Shown here in pieces: positions 18,481 to 26,528 of a stretch of 64,000 bases of DNA; the first letter of the stretch is position 1, and each line of letters starts with the position of its first letter. The stretch is from NCBI GenBank assembly GCA_022777585.1, contig JALFFZ010000054.1:6004-70003 (forward strand), given 5' to 3'. The notes beneath the pieces were generated by a model that had not been told where the DNA came from, searched no databases, and worked only from the letters and a program-made list of their open reading frames with translations. Origin of the DNA: Bacteroidales bacterium (GTDB taxonomy: Bacteria > Bacteroidota > Bacteroidia > Bacteroidales > UBA932). Made by a program: the position numbers and the translations under genes.

Positions 18481-20355
18481 ATGAGTTTCATGTACAACCC
18501 TTTTCCGTTCGATGACCCGAAGCCGGTCAACCGTCCGGAACTTTCCAAGAAAACAGTAGATGCTGTGGTTGCAGGCGGTACGCCATCGGTGGCAAAGAGG
18601 TTTGCCGCCCCTGTAATCGATAAGGCGAGGGAGTCCAACCAGATTGTCGCATTTGACGGATATGCGACAGCGGACTGGAAGCAGTTCCTCAATCTTGTAG
18701 CCAGGGAATGCAAGGCAGCAGGTGTGGACTTCGTGTCAATTGACCAGAATGCAGAATGCTTCAAATCCGGCAAGGAGATTGACGATATGATAGACCCTCT
18801 CCTGATCTGGGATACCGAGATAGACCCGACCTTGCTTTATGGAAAGATTTACAAAGGCGGATATGAGGGTATTCTTGACGAGGAAAAGACCAAGGCTTTC
18901 GAGGAGAAAGTTGCCGGGTTGAGGAATGGCTCCGGAAAGGTGGTGGCAGTCTATGGCTATGGCTGTCTCATCCCGCGTTTCAGGGATTTGTATGATGTGA
19001 AATGTTTCTTCGACCTCACTCCGAAGACATCCATTCTCAGGATCAGAAGGGGAGAGTACTCCAACATTGGAAAGGAGCGTCCTGACCTCGTCAACAGGGT
19101 GATCCGCCGCTGCTATTATTGTGATTTCGAGATGTCGGTCTGCAGCAGGAGGGAGCTTCTGAGGAACTCAGCCATTGATTTCTACTTCCTCTCGGACGAC
19201 CCTCAGAACATTCAGATGCTGCCTTTCGGCGCCTTCGCCGACATTTGCGCACAGCTTGTGAAATATCCTTTCAGGGCAAAGCCTTGCTATCTTGAGGGAG
19301 TATGGGGCGGCTCATATATGAAGAAACTCAGGAATCTTCCTGACAAAATGAGGAATGCCGCCTGGGTGTTCGACTTTATCCCTATGGAGGTCAGCGTTCT
19401 CGTGGAGGTCGGAAATGAGAAGCTGGATATCAACTTCTGCTCATTCGTGTGCAAGGAGGGTGTCAACCTTATGGGTGAGGGCTGCGTGAACAAGTTCCAC
19501 GGCTATTTCCCAATCAGGTTCAACTGGGATGACAGTTACCATTCCACCGGCAACATGTCCATCCAGTGCCATTCCGGATCAGCTTACAACAGAGAGCATT
19601 ACGGTGAGTTCGGAAGGCAGGATGAGAGTTACTATGTCTGTGTCACGGGTCACGATGCAAAGACCTTCATAGGCTTCCGTGACGATGCGGACATCCCTCA
19701 GTTCTTCAGGGAAATAGAGGCTGCAGACAAGGAGCACAAGCCTTGCGACTATATGAAGTATGTCAATTATGAGGAGTCACGCCCGGGCCTCCAGGTCATG
19801 CTTCCGGCGGGAACTATCCATTCGTCAGGACGAAACCAGGTAATTCTCGAAATCGGCTCGCTGACAATTGGCTCATATACTTACAAGATGTACGACTATC
19901 TCCGTCTGGACTTCGACGGCAAGCAGAGACCGATTCATACCAGGCTCGGCGAGGAGAATGTGGCTCAGCACCGAAGGGCGTCGGTGATTCACGACCCTGA
20001 GAGTCCGGACTACATTGTCCAGAAGCCACGCGTAGCTGTGGAAGGTGATGGCTGGAAGGAAATCATTCTCGGTGAGAATGAGCAGCTTTACTTCTCTCTC
20101 AGAAGGCTTGATTTCGAAAAGACCTGCCGTCAGGATACCTGTGGCGAGCGTTTCCACGTTCTTTCACTCGTTGATGGTGATCAGGTTCTCGTGCGCAGCG
20201 TTGCACATCCGGAGCGTTGCTTCAAGATGGACTTCCTCGATATTGTCTGCGTCCCTGCGGATATGGGTGAATATGAAATCGTCAATCTCGGCAAGGAGCC
20301 TGTTATGGTTCACAAGACAATGCTGAGGGACGGTTATCAGGATGTTGTTCTGTAA
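18481..20355 (+). CDS. Class I mannose-6-phosphate isomerase-like cupin with N-terminal degenerate P-loop kinase-like domain
   Basis: Cupin Zn motifs MSIQCH, QDESYY, PAGTIHS, ILEI; GVWGG; N-terminal IVAFDG..VVAVYG..YDVKCFFD. Confidence 0.78.
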   Translation: MSFMYNPFPFDDPKPVNRPELSKKTVDAVVAGGTPSVAKRFAAPVIDKARESNQIVAFDGYATADWKQFLNLVARECKAAGVDFVSIDQNAECFKSGKEIDDMIDPLLIWDTEIDPTLLYGKIYKGGYEGILDEEKTKAFEEKVAGLRNGSGKVVAVYGYGCLIPRFRDLYDVKCFFDLTPKTSILRIRRGEYSNIGKERPDLVNRVIRRCYYCDFEMSVCSRRELLRNSAIDFYFLSDDPQNIQMLPFGAFADICAQLVKYPFRAKPCYLEGVWGGSYMKKLRNLPDKMRNAAWVFDFIPMEVSVLVEVGNEKLDINFCSFVCKEGVNLMGEGCVNKFHGYFPIRFNWDDSYHSTGNMSIQCHSGSAYNREHYGEFGRQDESYYVCVTGHDAKTFIGFRDDADIPQFFREIEAADKEHKPCDYMKYVNYEESRPGLQVMLPAGTIHSSGRNQVILEIGSLTIGSYTYKMYDYLRLDFDGKQRPIHTRLGEENVAQHRRASVIHDPESPDYIVQKPRVAVEGDGWKEIILGENEQLYFSLRRLDFEKTCRQDTCGERFHVLSLVDGDQVLVRSVAHPERCFKMDFLDIVCVPADMGEYEIVNLGKEPVMVHKTMLRDGYQDVVL

Positions 20356-20364
20356 TGTTCAGTT

Positions 20365-21207
20365 ATGGATTTTGACAGGTTATTGCTTCTCGACGTCGGA
20401 GGTACTTTCATAAAGACCTCCGACGGCCGGGAAATTCCGGTGAACTCAAACGGGGATAAACAATCCGTTTTCCTGTCTTTTCACAAGGCGGTGAAGGATT
20501 TCTGCAATGAAGCCGTTGCCTCTCCGGAACGTAAATTTGCCATCGGCGTAGCCATTCCGGGTCCTTTTGACTATGTGAATGGCATATTCCGCATGACTCA
20601 CAAGTACGCCTCAGTTTACGGCGAGGATTTCCGATCACTTGCCCGCATACCGTCCTGCGTCGAACTCCGCTTCACTCACGATGTGAACTGTATGCTCTCC
20701 GGCGAGATGGCATACGGCAATGGCAGGGGCTTTGATCGTGTCGCCCTTGTATCCCTCGGAACAGGTCTCGGGTTCTCAATGAGCATCTGCGGCGAGATTC
20801 TGAAGAATGAATCCGGTTCCCCGCTGGTCACAATATTCAAATATCCGTGCAGAGGAGGAATCCTGGAGGATTATGTTTCCAAAAGGGGCTTTGTGGACCT
20901 CTATTTCAATAAGACAGGCAAAAGGTTGACAGTCAAGGAAATTGCAGACTCTGCCAGAGCCGGTGACGTTGATGCTCTGGATACTTTCAAGACTGTGGCG
21001 GGGATTCTTTCCGGTGCCATTGCCCCGATTCTGGAAGAATATTCAATAGAATGCCTTCTCTTCGGCGGTCAGATTTCACGCTCCTGCGACCTGATGGCAA
21101 CAACGCTTCAGAACTCGCTTGCAAACATACCGTCGCTGCGCAGGATTGAGGTCATATCTGACTTTGACAATGCCACATTCAACGGGTTGAAGAGTCTGTT
21201 CGCCTGA
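20365..21207 (+). CDS. ROK family sugar kinase
   Basis: LDVGGTFIK, GVAIPGPFD, HDVN..GE, LGTGLG, LEDYVS, FGGQIS; no HTH. Confidence 0.9.
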   Translation: MDFDRLLLLDVGGTFIKTSDGREIPVNSNGDKQSVFLSFHKAVKDFCNEAVASPERKFAIGVAIPGPFDYVNGIFRMTHKYASVYGEDFRSLARIPSCVELRFTHDVNCMLSGEMAYGNGRGFDRVALVSLGTGLGFSMSICGEILKNESGSPLVTIFKYPCRGGILEDYVSKRGFVDLYFNKTGKRLTVKEIADSARAGDVDALDTFKTVAGILSGAIAPILEEYSIECLLFGGQISRSCDLMATTLQNSLANIPSLRRIEVISDFDNATFNGLKSLFA

Positions 21208-22447
21208 TTTCCCTGTAAATTTCCAGAAGGGTATTTCTGTTTGTTTCCGGGTCGTGACGCAATGCGGCTGTCGCCCTCATGTCCGGTTGCCTGTCCTGGT
21301 TGGCAAATATGCTGCATATTTTCTCCGCCAGCATTTCTACCTCTTCAAACCGGTACAGATTATCTTCATTCCCGAGCATCATATCCATGGTACCGCCCAC
21401 ATAGCCGGCTACGCACGGAGTCCCCAGAATCTGGGCTTCTCCAAGCGAGTTCGGGCTGTTTTCAATGGATGACGGACAAACAAATACATTGGCTCGCAGA
21501 TATTCATTTTTCATTTGCTCCCCGTTTAATGGGCCTGTAAATGTGATAATGTCCTCGAGCCTGTTCATTTTGATCAGCCTGCGCAAGTACCTGCCATATC
21601 CCGACAGACGGAGTTTGTCGATAAGTGTCGTTGTCCTGACTATATCGAATCCGGCAATCCGTATTTTTGTATCCGGATAATGCCGGAGGATGAGTGGCAT
21701 TGCCTTCAGTACCTGATGAAGGCCCTTGAGCGGGTAGGTGGCCTTGCCTATGAAGATTGAGTGTTTGTCGCATCTGCTGTATGACCAGGTATCGCCGCCG
21801 TAGAATTCCTGGCGGAGGGTTTCATTGCAGAAATGATACTCGGCACCCGGATTGACAGCCCATGCGTGAGCGTGGTCCCAGGAGGTTCTGCCAATGATGT
21901 GCTTAGCCATTCCTAGCATCTCCAACTCATATTTCCCTCTTTTGGCAAAGAGTTTCTGACCGTGAAAGACCGTGCCTTTGAGAATGTCCTTGAAGGTCAG
22001 ATTGCGATATACGTCAGCCCTTGTCATTCCGTAGCAGTAGTACTTGCTGCATACCGATGTCAGGCCCTGAATTGAAATGACTACGTTATCATTCCCGCAG
22101 GCCTTCAGATAGGCAAGGCCGTGTGAGAATTCTGTCCCGTGAATATGTGTTATATCAGGCTTGAATTCTGATTTTATCTGTAGCCAATATGGGCAATAAT
22201 CATTGTTGACTTTAATATTTCCCTTGCCTTTCGGGAGGACATAATACAACATCCGCCGGCCTGAGATCCTGGTCAGGCTTTTCACCTTATCCGAAACGCA
22301 GGCCACACATAGCTGTATGTCATCATCCCGGACCAAGGCGTCTGCAGCCCCCGTCATCCATCCGCCTGACGCTTTCAGTTCCCCTGAACCCGTCAGGAGT
22401 TCTTCAGCCTCAGGAAAGAGAATATTTGAAATCCACAATACCCTCAT
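21179..22447 (-). CDS. Glycosyltransferase family 4 (GT-B)
   Basis: MRVLW.., PDITHIHGTE, KGLH, FVCPSSIENSPNSLGEAQ..GTPCV (EX7E); ATG at 22447 overlaps the upstream stop (TGATG). Confidence 0.92.
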   Translation of the reverse strand: MRVLWISNILFPEAEELLTGSGELKASGGWMTGAADALVRDDDIQLCVACVSDKVKSLTRISGRRMLYYVLPKGKGNIKVNNDYCPYWLQIKSEFKPDITHIHGTEFSHGLAYLKACGNDNVVISIQGLTSVCSKYYCYGMTRADVYRNLTFKDILKGTVFHGQKLFAKRGKYELEMLGMAKHIIGRTSWDHAHAWAVNPGAEYHFCNETLRQEFYGGDTWSYSRCDKHSIFIGKATYPLKGLHQVLKAMPLILRHYPDTKIRIAGFDIVRTTTLIDKLRLSGYGRYLRRLIKMNRLEDIITFTGPLNGEQMKNEYLRANVFVCPSSIENSPNSLGEAQILGTPCVAGYVGGTMDMMLGNEDNLYRFEEVEMLAEKICSIFANQDRQPDMRATAALRHDPETNRNTLLEIYREIRRTDSSTR

Positions 22448-22917
22448 CAATACATTACTACAATTCTGAATACCATTGACTCAGGAACGAATGTCTCATC
22501 AATTTCATAGTTGAAATCGCTCTCGGTATAGATGATGGTCACCTGGCCTGCCGAGATTTCCGCTGTGACCTCGCTGGTCCAGAAAAATACTTCGCCGGTA
22601 TCTCCGTCTATGTGCTCTGACTGGAGAAGGAACGGAAGCTCGGTATGGGTCTCGTTGCTCTGGTTGAAGTTATACACGCGATATACCTTCACTACACCGT
22701 TGTGGAGCACATCCTTGGTGATTTCCGGAACGGAGATTGTCGCATAGAAATAGTTGTTGTTTTCTGTGTTCGAATATCCCCATGCCCCCTGGGCTACATT
22801 GCCGATTATTGTCTTTATGCTGAGGCTGTCTCCTTCGGTGTAGTACTCCTTGGTGCATGAACTGAACAGCATTGTCATTGCAATGGCTGCGAATGTCAGT
22901 ATCTTTTTCATTTTCAT
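22447..22917 (-). CDS. Hypothetical small lipoprotein
   Basis: MKKIL..LFSSC lipobox; beta-rich; ends FRIVVMY. Confidence 0.75.
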   Translation of the reverse strand: MKMKKILTFAAIAMTMLFSSCTKEYYTEGDSLSIKTIIGNVAQGAWGYSNTENNNYFYATISVPEITKDVLHNGVVKVYRVYNFNQSNETHTELPFLLQSEHIDGDTGEVFFWTSEVTAEISAGQVTIIYTESDFNYEIDETFVPESMVFRIVVMY

Positions 22918-22923
22918 GGATTT

Positions 22924-24483
22924 TTATCTGCGGGTTGTGGATGTTGTTCCTGTTGTTCTGGTGGCGCTGCTTCCGGTGCTGCGGGTTGTGCCGGTTCCGG
23001 TGCTGCGGGTGGTCGTCGAGGTGCTGCCGGAGCTCCTTGTGGCAGAGCTGCCGGAACTGCTTCTGGTGGCTGTGGAACTTGAACTGCCCCTGCGGACTGT
23101 CGACTGCTGTCCTGAGGAGGTTGTCGTGCTGGTCCTGGTTGTGCTGCTTCCGGAAGACTGGACACGGCTTGAGGTCGTGGATGAACCGGACCTTGTGGCT
23201 GAGCTGCCTGAGGAAGTGCTGCGGGTTGCAGATGTTCCGGTGGTGCGTCCTGTCGAGGTCGAAGTTGAAGCTGAACTGCGTGATATGCCGGTGCCGCTGG
23301 ACGTTGTTCCACGGGTGCTGCTTCCAGATGTCGTTCCTGATGTTGAAGTGCCGCGGCTTGCGCTGCCGGTACTTGATGAGCTCGTGCCGGAACCTCTGGT
23401 TGCGCTTGAGCCTGTGGTGGTTGAAGTACCTCTGGTGGCACTTGAACCCGAAGAAGCTGAAGTCCCTCTGGTGGCACTGGTGCCGGAAGACGCCGATGTC
23501 CCCCTTGTGGCGCTGCTTCCGCCCGTGGCGGCTGTGCCTCTTGTCGCCGATGTGCTTGAACCTGAGCTGCGTGTAGAGGATGTAGTGGTGGTCTTGGTGG
23601 CATCGTAGGCCATCCTTACATCGTATGCATTGGCCTGGGTCCTGGCATTCTCGGCGCGGGTTACTGCTGAATTGTTCACTGCGACATTGGCATTGCGCAC
23701 GGTGAATGAGCGCTCAGGATACCGGCGGCTGTAGTCGTCGCGGCTCAGAGTGTTGTATATCTTCTGATATTGAGGATAATGACAACTGCTGTAGTAGTGG
23801 ACTTCGTGGCAGTATTTATGGTTCTTCATGAAGGTGTTCACATAGGCATGGTAATGATTTACGTGAACCAGCGCAGGCCGCTTGTAATATGAAGGGTAAT
23901 GATTCCAGTACCAAGGTGATGTCCACGGTCTGTAGTCGCGTCCGCAGATGTGGTCGAATATGACAGGCCTGGTGTAGTAGACCGGACGGATGACATAGTT
24001 CGGACCGTAGATGTATGTGGAGCCGATGACTTCAACATGGTAGTTTCCATAGGATGGCACCTCTGCAACGACCGTCGCCACATCCTGGTAAACATTCGGC
24101 GCCAGGGCCGCCTGGATAACGAATACGTGGTTGTATCCCTGCATTGCAGAAACTACTCTCAGATAGTCCACATAGCCGTCCCTGTTGAGGTCAAGGTCGG
24201 ATATGATGTAGGAGGAGTTGTTGAGCAGAGCCTCAAACTCCCTTATGGAAGACGACTGGGCAAAGGCTGCGGCAACTGCCTGAAGGTCAAGATACAGCGA
24301 AATGTCAGGCTCCGTTGCGTAAACCTGTGTCGTCGTGGTTGTCACGTGGGTTTTAGGTACCGTTACCACTGTGCTGTAGGACGGAAACCTGCTTGTCGGC
24401 TCCGACACGGTTACGATTCTTGTCGGGAAGCAGGATACGCAGAGCAATGCTGCCAGCGCAATCGATGTCAATCTTGGTTTCAT
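22924..24483 (-). CDS. Lipoprotein with Dx[DN]xDG Ca-loop N-domain, Tyr/His/Pro-rich middle and long Ser/Thr/Gly/Arg low-complexity tail
   Basis: Lipobox CVSC; LDLQAV..F..DLDLNRDGYVDYLRV; PWTSPWYWNHYPSYY; tail of about 220 aa; consensus promoter upstream. Confidence 0.82.
   Translation of the reverse strand: MKPRLTSIALAALLCVSCFPTRIVTVSEPTSRFPSYSTVVTVPKTHVTTTTTQVYATEPDISLYLDLQAVAAAFAQSSSIREFEALLNNSSYIISDLDLNRDGYVDYLRVVSAMQGYNHVFVIQAALAPNVYQDVATVVAEVPSYGNYHVEVIGSTYIYGPNYVIRPVYYTRPVIFDHICGRDYRPWTSPWYWNHYPSYYKRPALVHVNHYHAYVNTFMKNHKYCHEVHYYSSCHYPQYQKIYNTLSRDDYSRRYPERSFTVRNANVAVNNSAVTRAENARTQANAYDVRMAYDATKTTTTSSTRSSGSSTSATRGTAATGGSSATRGTSASSGTSATRGTSASSGSSATRGTSTTTGSSATRGSGTSSSSTGSASRGTSTSGTTSGSSTRGTTSSGTGISRSSASTSTSTGRTTGTSATRSTSSGSSATRSGSSTTSSRVQSSGSSTTRTSTTTSSGQQSTVRRGSSSSTATRSSSGSSATRSSGSTSTTTRSTGTGTTRSTGSSATRTTGTTSTTRR
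23374..23553 (-). repeat. Degenerate 36-bp coding tandem repeat, 5 units ([ST]SATRG-x6)
   Basis: Cores at 23392, 23428, 23464, 23500 and 23536, exact 36-nt spacing, with divergent synonymous positions. Confidence 0.85.
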
Positions 24484-24508
24484 TGTTGAAATAGTTTTTT
24501 GCTGATTA

Positions 24509-24540
24509 CAAATATAAGTAATCTTCTACGTTATCTCAAA
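24509..24540 (-). promoter_or_regulatory. Bacteroidota primary-sigma promoter TTTG-N20-TATATTTG
   Basis: CAAATATA 24509-24516 and CAAA 24537-24540 on + strand; perfect consensus and spacing. Confidence 0.8.
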
Positions 24541-24592
24541 TATCCTGCCGTTATTGCCGCTGCCTGTTTCCCGAGGACTTCCGTTTCTGAAC

Positions 24593-24637
24593 AAAAAGAA
24601 AGTGACTAAGCAGTCAAAAGACTGTTTAGTCACTTTC
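24593..24637 (-). terminator. Rho-independent terminator of pckA
   Basis: GAAAGTGACTAAGCAGTC / GACTGTTTAGTCACTTTC 18-bp stem with 1 mismatch and a 4-nt loop, then T5 on the - strand. Confidence 0.85.
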
Positions 24638-24660
24638 CATTGAATATTATTCGAAAAATA

Positions 24661-26265
24661 CTAGAGCTGTGGACCAGCCTTGACAAGTGCCTTGCCGGCA
24701 CGGTTGCCTTCGTATTTCTTGAAGTTCTTGATGAACCTGCCTGCGAGGTCCTTTGCCTTGACTTCCCAATCCTCTGCATTTGCATAGGTGTCGCGAGGGT
24801 CGAGGATGTTGGTGTCAACACCTGCGAGCTCTGTAGGCACGGTGAAGTTGAAGTAAGGGATAACCTTGGTAGGAGCAGAGTCGATCGCGCCGTTGAGGAT
24901 GGCGTCAATGATGCCGCGGGTGTCACGGATGGAGATACGCTTGCCGGTACCGTTCCAGCCGGTGTTCACGAGGTATGCCTTGGCACCGCTCTTCTTCATC
25001 TTCTTCACGAGCTCCTCAGCATACTTTGTAGGGTGAAGCTCGAGGAATGCCTGTCCGAAGCATGCGGAGAAGGTAGGAGTAGGCTCGGTAATACCGCGCT
25101 CTGTACCTGCGAGCTTGGCTGTGAAGCCGGAGAGGAAGTAGTACTTGGTCTGCTCAGGATCGAGGATTGATACTGGAGGGAGTACTCCGAACGCATCAGC
25201 TGAAAGGAAGATAACCTGCTTTGCGGCCGGGCCCTGTGACTTAGGACGGACGATCTTGTTGATGTGGTAGATCGGGTAGGAAACACGGGTGTTCTCGGTA
25301 ACGCTCTTGTCGTTGAAGTCGATCACGCCGTTCTCGTCAACGGTTACGTTCTCGAGGAGAGCATCACGCCTGATGGCACCGTAGATATCCGGCTCAGACT
25401 CCTTGTCGAGCTTGATGACCTTCGCATAGCAGCCACCCTCGAAGTTGAACACGCCCTTGTTGTCCCAGCCGTGCTCATCGTCACCGATGAGGAGACGCTT
25501 AGGGTCGGTGGAGAGAGTGGTCTTGCCGGTTCCGGAGAGACCGAAGAAGATAGCGGTGTTCTCACCGTTGAGGTCGGTGTTTGCAGAGCAGTGCATTGAA
25601 GCGATGCCCTTGAGAGGGAGGTAGTAGTTCATCATTGAGAACATACCCTTCTTCATCTCGCCGCCGTACCAGGTGTTGAGGATTACCTGCTCCCTGCTGG
25701 TAACGTTGAATGCGACTGCAGTCTCGGAGTTGAGGCCGAGCTCCTTGTAGTTCTCAACCTTTGCCTTTGCTGCGCAGTAAACCACGAAATCAGGCTCCTG
25801 GTCGAACTCCTTCTGGTTCTGAGGACGGATGAACATGTTGGTCACGAAGTGAGCCTGCCATGCAACCTCCATGATGAAGCGGACCTTCATGCGGGTATCC
25901 TCGTGTGTTCCGCAGAAACCGTCAACTACGAAAAGCCTCTTGCCTGAGAGCTGCTTGAGAGCGAGCTTCTTGAGGACTTTCCAATTCTTCTCGGAGAGAG
26001 GGTGGTTGTCGTTCTTGTACTCGTCTGAGGTCCACCATACGGTGTCCTTGGAGTTCTCATCCATTACGATGTACTTGTCTTTAGGAGAACGTCCGGTGTA
26101 GATACCGGTCATCACGTTAACTGCACCGAGTTCGGTTACCTGACCTTTCTCATAGCCGGTGAGCTCCGGCTTTGTCTCCTCGTTGAAGAGAACTTCGTAA
26201 GATGGATTGTAAAGGACTTCTTTCACGCCCTTGATTCCATACTTGCTTAAATCCATTGTTGGCAT
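24661..26265 (-). CDS. pckA: Phosphoenolpyruvate carboxykinase (ATP)
   Basis: [56 protein letters not shown]; start 26265 or 26256. Confidence 0.98.
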   Translation of the reverse strand: MPTMDLSKYGIKGVKEVLYNPSYEVLFNEETKPELTGYEKGQVTELGAVNVMTGIYTGRSPKDKYIVMDENSKDTVWWTSDEYKNDNHPLSEKNWKVLKKLALKQLSGKRLFVVDGFCGTHEDTRMKVRFIMEVAWQAHFVTNMFIRPQNQKEFDQEPDFVVYCAAKAKVENYKELGLNSETAVAFNVTSREQVILNTWYGGEMKKGMFSMMNYYLPLKGIASMHCSANTDLNGENTAIFFGLSGTGKTTLSTDPKRLLIGDDEHGWDNKGVFNFEGGCYAKVIKLDKESEPDIYGAIRRDALLENVTVDENGVIDFNDKSVTENTRVSYPIYHINKIVRPKSQGPAAKQVIFLSADAFGVLPPVSILDPEQTKYYFLSGFTAKLAGTERGITEPTPTFSACFGQAFLELHPTKYAEELVKKMKKSGAKAYLVNTGWNGTGKRISIRDTRGIIDAILNGAIDSAPTKVIPYFNFTVPTELAGVDTNILDPRDTYANAEDWEVKAKDLAGRFIKNFKKYEGNRAGKALVKAGPQL

Positions 26266-26339
26266 AAAAACAATATTAAAATTATAACTGATTTTCAATG
26301 CTTTTCCGTCTGCCCGGAACTATCTCCGGACTTCGGATG

Positions 26340-26367
26340 CAAAATTAATCAAAAATTGTTAATTTTG
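26340..26367. promoter_or_regulatory. Back-to-back -7 boxes (TAATTTTG on both strands) for pckA and recQ
   Basis: CAAAATTA 26340-26347 and TAATTTTG 26360-26367 form a 9-bp inverted repeat. Confidence 0.55.
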
Positions 26368-26528
26368 TGCATGTTCCGAGCGGAATACATAACAAAAATT
26401 CTGCCATCCGGCGCAAAATTTTTGCAGTTTCGGAACTAAATTGTTTTACCTCTGTCGGTTTCGCTATGAAACTTCTGCTGTTTTCAAGCGAAACAGGCCG
26501 GAGACCTGAAGGGAAAGGAGAATTGAAG

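Noticed and set aside
23374-23553. 36-bp periodicity resembling a CRISPR repeat length
   Set aside because: Units are contiguous, degenerate and in-frame coding; no unique spacers and no cas genes
22850-23608. Three additional long ORFs (252, 234 and 229 aa) over the Ser/Thr tail
   Set aside because: Stop-free frames are expected from low-complexity Ser/Thr/Gly codons; the products are Val/Leu/Pro- or Cys/Trp-rich shadows with no promoter or domain
24630-26101. Multiple antisense ORFs within pckA (similar ones in uvrB, susC and fecR, e.g. 52733-53620)
   Set aside because: Typical shadows of strongly biased codon usage; no recognisable motifs
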